Assembly: GCA_963699175.1 (NCBI GenBank)
Contig: OY969418.1
Span: 1,666,791-1,730,790, forward strand
From: an uncultured Acidobacteriota bacterium
GTDB taxonomy: Bacteria; Acidobacteriota; Blastocatellia; RBC074
Length of the DNA: 64,000 nucleotides
Direction of reading: 5' to 3'
Shown here: piece by piece, positions 11,411-22,000 of the stretch
Layout: the number at the start of each line of letters is the position of its first letter
Numbering within the stretch: the first letter of the stretch is position 1
Notes under the pieces: generated by a model
Seen by the model: only the letters and a program-made list of their open reading frames with translations
The model's database searches: none
Told to the model about the DNA's origin: nothing
Made by a program: the position numbers and the translations under genes

Positions 11411-13792
11411 ATGTCTATTACACCTAAACAAGTTTACGCCCGCGTCTGGCTGGCAGCATTCGTTATCTGTTTGGCGCTTGCCAGCCTGGCGCCAATCGTC
11501 AGCGCGCGCTTGGCTGTGAGCGCCAACTCGCATCACGCCGCGCCAAACCCCGCCCCGCCGGCTGGGCTTGCACGCGCGCAGGACGAGCTGGCGGCGCCGG
11601 ATGCGCACACGCTCTTACTGCTCCACTTCAATGGCTCGCTCACCGGCGTCCAAGGTGAGCAACCAACGCAAGCACAGGGAACCTCCTTTGTCAGCGGAGT
11701 GGCTGGGCAAGGCGTGCTGGTGGATGGCGCGGATGTGCTCAAGTACGCCACCCTGAACAATTTCAATGCGGCGGCTGGCAGCTTAGAGTTTTGGCTCAAG
11801 CCGCTCTGGAACGGTAACGATGGCGCCAGCCGTTGTCTTTTCACCGTCGGCAATAATGAGTTCGTGCTGGTCAAGGATGGGGGTAATAACTTCCGGTTCA
11901 TCATCAAAGGCGACGATTCGGAAGCCTACCACAGCTACCAGCTTGCTTCCTGGGTCGCCAATCAATGGCATCACATCGCTGTGACCTGGACCATTCCCGG
12001 AGAAATGAAGACCTATTTCGACGGCAAGCTGGCCATCTCCCATGCAGCCTCCCAGCAAGACTTGCTTTCCCCGCTGCCCGCCGAACTGATTTTAGGCGGC
12101 AACAATGGCGCTTGTCGGGCCGAAGCGGTGCTCGACGAGCTGCGGATCAGCGACATCGCACGCTCCCCGCAAGAAATAGCTAAGCACCTGAAGCAGGGCT
12201 TGACGATCAATGGCTGGTCTTTCGACCCGCCAACTATCAACATCAAGATGTATCCGGGCTGGTCATGGTGGGCCACGCCGGGATTGATTGCGAACACGCC
12301 AGCCGGGACTTTGACCCTTCCCACGCTGGCCGCTAACTGGGTCAGTTCCAATCCGGGCGTGGCCTCGATGGAGGCAACCGGACGCATCAAAGCCGAGGCG
12401 CCTGGCTCAGCTACCTTAACCGCTGCGCTGGGAAGACAGTTGCACAGCCTCGCGGTGGAGGTGCTGGCGCCAGCCCGGCCACCCACAGTAGAAACGATTG
12501 ATCCTTACCTGGCGACACCAGCCCGCGACTATCTTTACCGCATGCCGGTCGCGATCATCCGGTACTTGCCAACCCGGAACGGCGTTGATGTTGATGCCGA
12601 AGTGTCGGGTTATGTCGGCACCTTAGCCGGACTCAAAAGCAGGCTCGAAAATAGGGAAAAGCAGAAGAAGTTTATGCTGGAAGAAGGCAGCCGGTTCCGC
12701 GGTTACAAAGCCTTGCGCGACCCCACAAACCCACCGGCGCACCCTTCCCTCGGTTATCAGGTCGTCAAGATCATCACGGTCTATGAGGACCTACCGCCTG
12801 GACCAGACTTGAACGGGGACGGCATCTCCGCCCCGGACTACCATCAAATCTTGACTCGCTGGGGCGGCGCGCAGTTAGTCAACGAGCTGGGCGTCAAGGA
12901 GTTTTGGCTCTGGCAGTATCATTACGGTCGCCTCGCGCCGATAGAATCGAATATGTCCAGCCCGACCACGAATGATATTTCCAATGGTGGTGGCGGTAAC
13001 GACGATATGCCGATCTACAATCGCACCTACGTTGTGTATGGTCTTAACTTCGGAACCGGAGCTAACGAAGCCGTCCACGATCATGGGCATCAGCTCGAAA
13101 GGATCTACGGCTTCGTGAGCCAGCTACAGGATGGCAATCCCAATCTGTTCTGGCGTAAGTTCTCGGGCCGCGATGATAATGATCAAACCATCACCGGTCG
13201 CTGTGGCAACACGCACACTCCGCCCAATACCCTGGCGGACTATGACTATGGCAACGCTACCGAAGTCTTGAGTGACATCGAAGACTGGACGCCAGCCAAT
13301 CTCGGAGAAAAGAAGTCGGTGAGCGCGGCCACCTGGCGAAGCATCCCCTATGCTTTCCCCTACGATGGCGAGCCAGTCGAACCGTGGTACGTCTACTGGA
13401 TGCAAGCCATGCCAGGCCGGGGCAACCGGATTCCGCACGGCGGCAACCAGATGACCAACTGGTGGCATTTCACCGGGGATTGGGATGCGAGTATTAAGGC
13501 AGGTTTGGGGCTGTATGAGCCTGGCTCCTGTAATTACACCCTCTCCGCCACCACCGGCCACCCCGCCTCCACCAATGGCGGACCGGGCAGCGTCAATGTA
13601 AGTAGCGGCAGCGGGTGCAAGTGGATCGCTTCGAGCAATGTGCCGTGGATTATCATCACCTCGCCAAGCTTCGGTAACGGTGACGGCACGGTCAGGTTCA
13701 GCGTCGCTGCGAATGCTGGCACACCGCGCGCAGGCACGATTGCGATTGCCGGCAAGCTCTTTACTGTCAAGCAGGCAGGCACTTTTGACTAA
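11411..13792 (+). CDS. secreted LamG (concanavalin-like) / Big_2 / BACON-like domain protein
   Basis: The start at 11411 is preceded by GGAGGAAGG. Signal/TM MSITPKQVYARVWLAAFVICLALASLAP. A LamG jelly-roll (GSLEFWLKP...WHHIAVTW...LDELRISD) and a Big_2-like stretch (NWVSSNPGVASMEATGRIKAEAPGSATLTAAL) follow. C-terminal BACON-like motif (GCKWIASSNVPWIIITSPSFGNGDGTVRFSVAANAGTPRAGTIAIAG). The track ORF starts upstream at 11246. Confidence 0.6.
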   Translation: MSITPKQVYARVWLAAFVICLALASLAPIVSARLAVSANSHHAAPNPAPPAGLARAQDELAAPDAHTLLLLHFNGSLTGVQGEQPTQAQGTSFVSGVAGQGVLVDGADVLKYATLNNFNAAAGSLEFWLKPLWNGNDGASRCLFTVGNNEFVLVKDGGNNFRFIIKGDDSEAYHSYQLASWVANQWHHIAVTWTIPGEMKTYFDGKLAISHAASQQDLLSPLPAELILGGNNGACRAEAVLDELRISDIARSPQEIAKHLKQGLTINGWSFDPPTINIKMYPGWSWWATPGLIANTPAGTLTLPTLAANWVSSNPGVASMEATGRIKAEAPGSATLTAALGRQLHSLAVEVLAPARPPTVETIDPYLATPARDYLYRMPVAIIRYLPTRNGVDVDAEVSGYVGTLAGLKSRLENREKQKKFMLEEGSRFRGYKALRDPTNPPAHPSLGYQVVKIITVYEDLPPGPDLNGDGISAPDYHQILTRWGGAQLVNELGVKEFWLWQYHYGRLAPIESNMSSPTTNDISNGGGGNDDMPIYNRTYVVYGLNFGTGANEAVHDHGHQLERIYGFVSQLQDGNPNLFWRKFSGRDDNDQTITGRCGNTHTPPNTLADYDYGNATEVLSDIEDWTPANLGEKKSVSAATWRSIPYAFPYDGEPVEPWYVYWMQAMPGRGNRIPHGGNQMTNWWHFTGDWDASIKAGLGLYEPGSCNYTLSATTGHPASTNGGPGSVNVSSGSGCKWIASSNVPWIIITSPSFGNGDGTVRFSVAANAGTPRAGTIAIAGKLFTVKQAGTFD

Positions 13793-13836
13793 CAATCCTG
13801 GTCCGGCGCGCAATGCCACTGCCGCGCTTGGCTGAG

Positions 13837-13871
13837 GTGGGTGGGACAATTTGGCAAATTGTCCCACCCAC
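13837..13871. repeat. perfect 15-bp-arm palindrome downstream of the LamG gene
   Basis: GTGGGTGGGACAATT-TGGCA-AATTGTCCCACCCAC. No T-run follows. Confidence 0.6.
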
Positions 13872-13979
13872 GCAATTGCAAACCGCTCCAGGCTACAGCT
13901 TTGCTTGACCAAATCCAGTCAGCCCGCTCCGCCCGTAAAGCCGTTTGTCACTTCGTTCGATCTGCCGAAGGAGGTTTTT

Positions 13980-14228
13980 ATGCCCGATCCCAATCTGGCG
14001 CTCAACGCGCTATCGTTCGATGCGTTGCAGGCGCTGGCTCTCATCTTCACACTGCTCACCGCGACACTCTTTGCGCTGCTGCTGACGGCGCTGGCGTTGG
14101 CGGCGGGAGCACAAACACACGCTGTACGACAAAGCGCGCAAGCGCCGCGCCGACGCTTTGCGCGCGCCCAAGCTTTAGCGCCAGTAAATCGCCGGAGCCA
14201 TCCGCTCAGGCTGTTATCGCGTCAATAG
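13980..14228 (+). CDS. small (82 aa) single-pass membrane protein, hypothetical
   Basis: Strong RBS GAAGGAGG 6 nt before the ATG. MPDPNLALNALSFDALQALALIFTLLTATLFALLLTALALAAG then an Arg-rich tail. No homolog recognised. Confidence 0.3.
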   Translation: MPDPNLALNALSFDALQALALIFTLLTATLFALLLTALALAAGAQTHAVRQSAQAPRRRFARAQALAPVNRRSHPLRLLSRQ

Positions 14229-14268
14229 TCTTAGCCTCGTTTGTTCAGCGCCCGCTCTTCTTCGAACC

Positions 14269-14405
14269 TGTTTCATTGGTAGTGGCGCACGCGGGCGAGA
14301 AGGTTTGGAGTCCCGCCTGCACAGGCGGCAGCTTTGGTTGACCAGCCCGGCCGGCTGCAGCCGGTACTCCAAACTCACCACCTTGCGCCACTACCGTTTC
14401 ATTTA
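14269..14405. repeat. long imperfect inverted repeat upstream of giant beta-helix gene
   Basis: Arms TTTCATTGGTAGTGGCGCACGCGGGCGAGAAGGTTTGGAGT / ACTCCAAACTCACCACCTTGCGCCACTACCGTTTCATTT, about 40 bp each, separated by ~55 nt. Confidence 0.55.
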
Positions 14406-14773
14406 CGGCCCCACCTCACTTACCGCTCAAGTCTGCGCAGAATCATTCGGGTCTTCCGGCCAAACCCTCAGTCGGCGAAAGCAGACGCAGCACCCGGGGC
14501 GAGTTGCCAGGCTCACTCTAGCCTTTTGTTCAACCGCGCCTTGCTTGATTGACAGTCCGCGCACGCATGCATACAGTGACGGCGAGTCAGCGCGGCTTTC
14601 TCACACAGTAGTAACTACCAAAAGCCGCGCTCACCTGATGGCGAACAAGACCTATTGGCGGCGACCGAGTCATCACTCACACAATGATGCTCGTTGGCCG
14701 CACTACTGCATCGGCAATTCAACTCAAACAAAAAATCGCGCACGTCACAACGCGTACGCGGCGATACTACATA

Positions 14774-17700
14774 ATGAGACTACACACACGCAGAACGATT
14801 TGTGCGCTCAGCCTATTGCTGGGCGCAGTAGGCTTAAGTTGGTTGGGTTGGGGCGCGCAAGCTGAGCACGCAGCATTGACGCAGCGCGGCAGCCTACTGC
14901 GTGCAGCGAGTGCCACTGCGCCCGCAGCCACGCTCGCCTTCGCCTCGACCATCACTGTCAACAGCACGGATCAGGAAGTCACCAGCGCCAATCCTACCGG
15001 CATCGCCAACGGCAATTGCACACTGGGCGAAGCGATCCTCTCGGCCAATACGAACAGCAATGTCGGCGGCTGCACGGGCAGTGGTGGCGGCGCGCCCTTC
15101 ACCATCGTGCTCTCGAATGCTGCTTACACACTCACCGCGCGCGGCGATGCGAACAACAATTTCGGCTTCAACGGGCTGCCTCCAGTCACGAGCCAGATCA
15201 TCATTCAGGGCAATGGGGCGATCATCGAGCGCAACAGCGCGGACGTCACGCCTAGCTTCCGACTCTTCTACATTTCGCCAGCGGGCGACCTGACGTTGCA
15301 AGATCTGACCTTGCGCAATGGGCTGGCGCAGGGCGGCGCGGGCAACGGCGACACTACTTCAAACGGCGGCGGCGGCGGCGGGGCGGGCTTAGGCGGAGCG
15401 ATTTACAATCGGGGCAAGCTCAGCGTCATACGTAGCACACTCACCAACAACACGGCGCGGGGCGGGCAAGGCGGCAACGGCAGCGGAAATGAAGCCAGCG
15501 GTGGCGGCGGTGGCGGAGGACTGGGTGGCAACGGTGGCAGCAGCAGCGGAGCGGGCGGCGGCGGCGGCGGCGGGTTTGGCGGCAATGGCGGCACGAGCGG
15601 TACGGGTGCTGGTGGTGCGGGCGGCGGCGGCACGATGACTGATGGCGCGACCAATGGTGGCAGCAGCGGTGGGGCGGGCGGCGTTGCGAACGGCGGCAAA
15701 GGCAGCGATTCGCCTGGCAGTGCTGATAGCGGCGGTTTCGGTGGTGGCGGTGGTGGCGGTGCTACGGAGGGTGGTAGTGGTGACGGCGGCACTGGTGGCG
15801 GTGGTGGCGGTGGCGGGGCCAGCGCTGGGGGAGGCGGCTTTGGCGGTTTCGGCGGCGGTGGCGGTGGCCAGGCGAAAGAAGGCCAAGGCGGGTTCGGCGG
15901 GTTCGGTGGTGGTGGCGGCGCCGGCTTCGGCGGCGGCAGCGACTTTGGCGGCGGCACTGGTGGTGGCGGCACTGGTGGTAGCGGCGGTGGCGGCGCAGGA
16001 TTGGGCGGCGCAGTCTTCAACGATGGCTACAACATTGAAGGAGACGCTACTGTCAGCTTCAGTAACAGTACTATCTCGGGCAACTTTGCCATCGGAGGCG
16101 CGGGCGGAACGCGCTATAGTGGAAACGCCAGCGGCGGCGAGGCAGGAAAGGGACTGGGCGGCGGCGTCTTCAACCTCAACGGCACGCTCACCGTCAACAA
16201 CTCCACACTCGCCAACAACACTGCCGCGCAAGGTGGCGGCGGCCTCTACAATCTCGCAGCCTTTGAAGGTTCGGCAACCCTCAACCTCAACAGCACGATT
16301 GTCGCCGACACGGCGGGCGGCGCGACTGATTGCGTCAGCGCCGACGACTTTAGCAGTTTGACAAATACCGGGACGAACAACCTGATTGAGAAAAACGATA
16401 GTGAGGGTGCTTGCCCCGGCGCGCTCGTCACCACAGATCCACAGCTTGGAATGCTGCTAAACAACGGCGGACTGACTGCCACCCAGGCACTGTCATCGAG
16501 CAGCCCCGCATTGGACAAGGGGAAGAATCTAGACAGTCTGATGACTGACCAGCGTGGCACCGGCTTCGCGCGCAAGGTGGACCTGCCCGTCGCAAACGGC
16601 ACAGGCGATGGCACTGACATCGGAGCTTTCGAGCTTCAGGCGCTGGCTTCACCACCAACCATCAGCAAAGCTTTCAACCCAACCGGCATACAACTCAACA
16701 GCAGTTCGACGCTGAGCTTCATCATCACCAATCCCAATTCAGAAGCGGCGCTAACCGGAGTGAATTTTACTGATACTTTACCAAGCGGTTTGGTAGTTGC
16801 GACACCCAACGGTATAGGCGGCACCTGCGGCGGCACGATCACGGCCACTGAAGGCACGGGCACGGTCAGCCTGATGGGACTGAACATGTCAGCCAGCGCC
16901 TCCTGCACCATCAGCATTGATGTCACCGGCACGACTGTTGGCAGCAAAAACAACAGTGTGACGATCAACTCTGACCAGGGCCAAGGCAATACCGCCACTG
17001 CCACACTGGCTGTAGTCGCTGCGCCAACCATTGCCAAGAACTTCAACCCGACCTCCATCAATGTCGGCGGGGTAAGCCAACTCACGCTCACTTTCAGCAA
17101 CCCGGCTGGCAACGTGGCGCTAACCAACTTGGCCGTGACTGATCCGCTACCGCCAGGATTGACTGTGGCGGCCACGCCTGGACTGACGAATACCTGCAAC
17201 GGCACCGTGACGGGCGCGACAGCGGGCAGCAACTCGATCAGCTTGAGCAATGGCTCACTCGCTGCCGGGCCGAGCAGTTGCCAGGTGAAAGTCAACGTCA
17301 CCAGCGCCACGTCTGGCTCGGCGGTCAACACAACCGGCAATGTCACGGCGACCGGCAATGGCGTCAATGTGACGGGCAACACGGCCAGCGCGACACTCAC
17401 GGCCAACGTCGTAACCAGCACACCCGGCGTCACCATCGTTGACCCGTTCGGCTGCACTGGCCCTGGCGACGCGCTGACCGTGACGGTGGTCATCACCAAC
17501 ACAGCCGCCGCTGCGCAACCTGTCACCTTCAGTTCGACCCCGCTACCGGCAGGACTGGTCGGCTTGCCCGGCACCGGCACGAGCACAGTCGGCGCAGCGC
17601 CCACCGTGTCGTCCACCGGCGCGAACTTCGGCCCGGTCACACTTGCAGCGGGCCAGAGCGCGACGGTGACTTACCAAGTGCAAGTCGGCGATGTCGCCAG

Positions 17701-18706
17701 TGGCACGACGCTCTGCATCAACACTACCAGCACCTTCAGCGGCGTAGCAGGCCCGCCGGTGCAAGCCTGCGCGACGATCAATTGTCCAGCCGTCGGCCCC
17801 GGCCAGCTTTTCGGGAATGGTGAAGTAAGCGATCAGAAGGCAGGCAGTGTGTTGTTCTACAACCTCTACTCGTCGAGCATCGCCGCGCCCAACGCGCAGA
17901 ACACGCGTATTGCAATTACCAACACCAATCCCGCGCTGCCCATCGCCGTGCACTTGTTCTTCGTGGATGGAGCAACCTGCTCAATCGCCGATAGCCTAAT
18001 CTGCTTAACGCCCAATCAGACCGCCAGCTTCCTAGCTTCAGACATTGATCCGGGCACAACCGGTTACATTGTCGCGGTGGCTTCAGACTTGCGGACTGGC
18101 TGCCCCATCAATTTCAACTACCTGATTGGTGATGAGTATGTGAAGCTCTCCAGCGGCCACGCGGCTAACCTAGCGGCGGAAGGATTTGCGGCATTGGCTG
18201 GTGGCTTGCCCGCTTGCAACGGGCTCTCGGTGACTGCGCTGCTGAGCTTCGATGGCGCAAGCTACAACCGCGCACCGCGCGTACTAGCGGCCTCGAACGT
18301 ACCATCCAGGGCCAATGGCAACGACACACTGATCGTGTTGAATCGGGTGGGCGGCAGTTTGGCAGCCGGAGCCTCGACGCTCGGCGCGCTCTTCGGCATT
18401 CTCTACGATGATGCAGAGAATCCGCTGAGCTTTACTTTCACCGCAGGCCTCTGTCAGTTCCGCTCATCATTGAATAGCAGCTTCCCGCGCGTGGCGCCGC
18501 GCTTCGAACAGTTCATCCCGGCTGGGCGCAGCGGCTGGGCGAAGTTCTACTCGCAATCGGACATTGCGTTGTTGGGCGCGCAGCTTAACTTCAACACGAA
18601 TGCGGGGACGGCGGCGAATGCCTTCAATCAGGGGCACAACTTGCACAAGCTGACCTTGACGACGGCAGCGACCCTGACTATCCCAATCTTCCCGCCCAAC
18701 TGCTGA
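14774..18706 (+). CDS. giant secreted protein: beta-helix, Gly-rich repeat region, DUF11 repeats and a conserved C-terminal domain
   Basis: Start at MRLHTRRTICALSLLLGAVGLSWLGWGAQA (signal peptide); the track ORF starts at 14684. NCTLGEAILSANTN beta-helix entry motif. About 220 aa of GGxGG low-complexity. DUF11-like repeats (TISKAFNPTGIQLNSSSTLSFIITNPNSEAALTGVNFTDTLPSGL). The last ~310 aa are ~85% identical to the C-terminus of the 19060-23388 protein and end IFPPNC. Confidence 0.7.
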   Translation: MRLHTRRTICALSLLLGAVGLSWLGWGAQAEHAALTQRGSLLRAASATAPAATLAFASTITVNSTDQEVTSANPTGIANGNCTLGEAILSANTNSNVGGCTGSGGGAPFTIVLSNAAYTLTARGDANNNFGFNGLPPVTSQIIIQGNGAIIERNSADVTPSFRLFYISPAGDLTLQDLTLRNGLAQGGAGNGDTTSNGGGGGGAGLGGAIYNRGKLSVIRSTLTNNTARGGQGGNGSGNEASGGGGGGGLGGNGGSSSGAGGGGGGGFGGNGGTSGTGAGGAGGGGTMTDGATNGGSSGGAGGVANGGKGSDSPGSADSGGFGGGGGGGATEGGSGDGGTGGGGGGGGASAGGGGFGGFGGGGGGQAKEGQGGFGGFGGGGGAGFGGGSDFGGGTGGGGTGGSGGGGAGLGGAVFNDGYNIEGDATVSFSNSTISGNFAIGGAGGTRYSGNASGGEAGKGLGGGVFNLNGTLTVNNSTLANNTAAQGGGGLYNLAAFEGSATLNLNSTIVADTAGGATDCVSADDFSSLTNTGTNNLIEKNDSEGACPGALVTTDPQLGMLLNNGGLTATQALSSSSPALDKGKNLDSLMTDQRGTGFARKVDLPVANGTGDGTDIGAFELQALASPPTISKAFNPTGIQLNSSSTLSFIITNPNSEAALTGVNFTDTLPSGLVVATPNGIGGTCGGTITATEGTGTVSLMGLNMSASASCTISIDVTGTTVGSKNNSVTINSDQGQGNTATATLAVVAAPTIAKNFNPTSINVGGVSQLTLTFSNPAGNVALTNLAVTDPLPPGLTVAATPGLTNTCNGTVTGATAGSNSISLSNGSLAAGPSSCQVKVNVTSATSGSAVNTTGNVTATGNGVNVTGNTASATLTANVVTSTPGVTIVDPFGCTGPGDALTVTVVITNTAAAAQPVTFSSTPLPAGLVGLPGTGTSTVGAAPTVSSTGANFGPVTLAAGQSATVTYQVQVGDVASGTTLCINTTSTFSGVAGPPVQACATINCPAVGPGQLFGNGEVSDQKAGSVLFYNLYSSSIAAPNAQNTRIAITNTNPALPIAVHLFFVDGATCSIADSLICLTPNQTASFLASDIDPGTTGYIVAVASDLRTGCPINFNYLIGDEYVKLSSGHAANLAAEGFAALAGGLPACNGLSVTALLSFDGASYNRAPRVLAASNVPSRANGNDTLIVLNRVGGSLAAGASTLGALFGILYDDAENPLSFTFTAGLCQFRSSLNSSFPRVAPRFEQFIPAGRSGWAKFYSQSDIALLGAQLNFNTNAGTAANAFNQGHNLHKLTLTTAATLTIPIFPPNC
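17780..18706 (+). repeat. paralogous conserved C-terminal domain module, copy 1 (~85% nt identity to 22459-23388)
   Basis: CPAVGPG...VLFYNLYSSSIAAPNAQNTRIAITNT...IFPPNC versus CPLVGPG...VLVYNLYSSSISAPNQQNTRIAITNT...IFPPNC. Confidence 0.85.
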
Positions 18707-19059
18707 AGCAACTGGGTGAGGGTGACTTGAAGATACGCGGCGGCAGGACTGACATCAGATGCCGTCGCGTTTTTATTTACTTAAAAGTTTAGGTTGATTG
18801 ATCTACTCTGCGGATTGCATTACACTTACGCCCGCAAGCGGTTTTCTTCACAGCCAACCAGAGCAATCCTGAATTGGTCATTCACTGGTAGACCAGGTTT
18901 CAGGTGCACCGCCGGCAGTCCCAGGCAGTATTGGCGGACTCGTTAGTTACGACAGACTTAGTTTGAGCAGCCCGTCGTGTTTACCGGACGGTGACGCTGG
19001 TTGACGCGGGGTTTTGCCTACAGTTTTTCTGCGTGGACGCTAAGCTGATTGACAAGTAG

Positions 19060-22000
19060 ATGATGACTAATCGGAAATTACTTATGACTACTACACACAA
19101 ACACACATTCTTTCTAAGCAAACAATCCTTCCGCTCTTCAGCAATCAAACAAACTTGTGGGCAGGCGTTCAGGTGGTTGAGCGCTCACCGTCGTTTATCT
19201 TTCTTGCTCGCGGGCTTGCTCGTGGCTGTCTTCACGTTGGCAAGTGTGGCCGTTCGTGCGGCCAAAGATGGCGGGGTGAGGCCGGGCAATTTTTCTGCCG
19301 CCTCACCGGCTGCTGCGCCTGTCGCGCCTAAAGTTGCGATGGGTACAAACATCGTCGTCAACAGCACGGCGGATGGCACGCTGGTGACGCTGGCAGGCAA
19401 CGCCACCTGCGATCTACGCGAAGCGATTCAGGCGGCCAATACGAACGCCATTGTCGGTCAGTGCCCGGCGGGCATGGCAGGGATGGACACCATTACCTTC
19501 AGCGGCGCTGGCGTCGGCACCATCACCGTCAGTTCCGTGCTGCCGACGATCGCGGAGCCGGTGACGATTGACGGCTTTCAAGGCATGAATACCTGTCCGG
19601 CGACGGGGTTGCCCGCGCCTGCGACAATGCAGGTTATTCTCAACGGCAACAATGGCAACTTCGACGGCCTGACTTTCAATGTGACCAGCGGCACAGGGCC
19701 AAGCATCGTGCGCGGGCTGGTCATACGCAATTTCAATCTGGACGGCATTCAGGTCAACACGACGAACGCAGCAAACTTCCTGACCTGCCAGTGCAACTAC
19801 ATCGGCACGGCAGCCGATGGCGTGACCGGCACGACTACCAACCGGAACGACGACAACGGCATCGAGATTGACAACTCGCCCAACAACATCATCGAGCGCA
19901 ATCTCATCTCAAATAACGGCTCCTCAACCCTCATCCCACTCGCCGCCATCGGCAGCGGCGTGGCGATTTTGAACGCGAGCGCGACCGGTAACATCGTGCG
20001 CGGCAATTACATCGGCACGGATGTTACGGGCGCGGCAGACCTGGGCAACAACCTCCAGGGCGTTAATATCAACAACGCGCCCAACAACACCATCGGCGGA
20101 ACAACAACCACTGACCGCAACGTCATCTCCGGTAATAATGCGAACGGGGTGCTCATCACTGGCGCGGGCGCTACGGGCAATAACGTGCGCGGCAATTACA
20201 TCGGTCTGGCTGCAGACGGCACGACGGTCCGCAACAACAGCATCAATGGCGTGAGCATTAGCGGCGCAGCCAACAACATTATCGGTGGCGCGACGGCAGG
20301 GGCGCGCAATGTGATCTCCGGCAATGGTTCGCTCATCGTTGGCAACGGCGTTGATATGATAGTCGCCGGCACGACCGGGAATCAGGTGCTCGGCAATTAT
20401 ATCGGCACGGATGCGACCGGTACGCTCGACCGCGGCAATGCGGTGTATGGGGTGAACATCACTGGCTTATCGGGTAACTTCGTGGGCGGAATCAACGCTG
20501 GCGAAGGCAATGTGATTTCCGGCAACGGGGGCAATGGCGTACAGCTCACCGGCGGTGGCGCAAGCAACAATAGCGTGCGCGGCAATTACATCGGCACCAA
20601 CGCCGCTGGCACTGCCGCCATCCCGAATGATTTCTTTGGAATCGGTATCGTGTTGGGCGCCCACGACAACACCATCGGTGGAACGGCCGCTGCCGCGCGC
20701 AACGTCATCTCCGGCAATGCCGGTGATGGCATCCAGATCAGCGCGGCTCTCAACAACAGCATCTTCGGTAATTACATCGGCACAAACGCCGCGGGCACGG
20801 GCGCGGTCGCCAATGGTGATGACGGCGTGGACATTCAGTTGGGTTCAAACGGCAACATGGTCGGCGGCACAGCGGCGGGCGCAGGCAACTTGATCGCCAA
20901 CAACACCTCCAATGGCGTCGAGATCAATGCCGCGGCGGGTACCACCAATTCCGTGCTCGGCAACTCCATCACCGCGAATGGTGCGCTAGGCATAGATCTG
21001 TCAACAACCGGTGTGACACTCAACGATACGGACGACCCCGACTTAGGCGCCAATAATAGGCAGAACTTCCCCGTGCTGACTTGCGCGGTCAGCAGCAATG
21101 GCCAGACCACCGTGAGCGGCTCGCTCGACAGCTTGGCCAGTACCGATTTCCGCATCGAGTTTTTTGCCAATACTGCTTGCGACGCTTCGGGCTATGGTGA
21201 AGGCCAAACCTTTCTCGGCTCGGTCAATGTCACGACCAATGCCAGCGGCGATGCGGTGATTAACACTACCCTGCCGGTGGTAGTTGCTGCCGGGAGTTCC
21301 ATCACGGCTACGGCCACCCGCCTGAATGCAGGCACTCCGGCTGAGACATCCGAGTTTTCGCAATGTCTGGCGTCGTTCGCACCGACACTGACGATCAATG
21401 ACGTCAGCTTCGCGGAAGGCAACGCCGGGATGACAGCGTTCAATTTTACGGTCACGCTCGCGGGCGCACAGGGATTCCTCTGCCCAGTCACGGTCAATTT
21501 CGGTACGGCTGACAATACGGCGACAATCGCCAACAACGATTACGCAGCGAATAGCGGGATGTTGACGTTCAATCCGCCGTTTGCTTCCAACACCGTGACG
21601 CAAACCGTCACGGTGCAGGTCAATGGCGATACGACCGTCGAAGCCAACGAGACGTTCTTCGTTAATTTGACGAACGCCACAGGGGCAACCATTACCGATG
21701 CCCAGGGACAAGGCACGATCACCAATGACGACTTCGCCACCATTGCCATCAACGATGTCAGTGTCGTCGAAGGCAACGCGGGCACTACCAACGCGACCTT
21801 CAATGTCACGATGAGCCATCCGAGCGCCGAGCAGGTAACGGTCAATTTCACTACTGCGAACGGCACGGCGACAACCGCTGGCAACGATTACGTAGCAACG
21901 AACGGCACGGTCACTTTTGCACCCGGCGTGACATCGCAAATGATCACGGTACAAGTCAACGGCGACACGACGCCGGAGACGAATGAAACTTTCTTCGTCA

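Noticed and set aside
15389-16361. Pro/Ala-rich ORFs 15389..16231(-), 15403..16020(-) and 15642..16361(+) in the track
   Set aside because: They are reverse or alternate-frame readings of the (GGC)n Gly-rich tract of giant protein 1. GCC/CCG codons give Ala/Pro runs. They are not independent genes.
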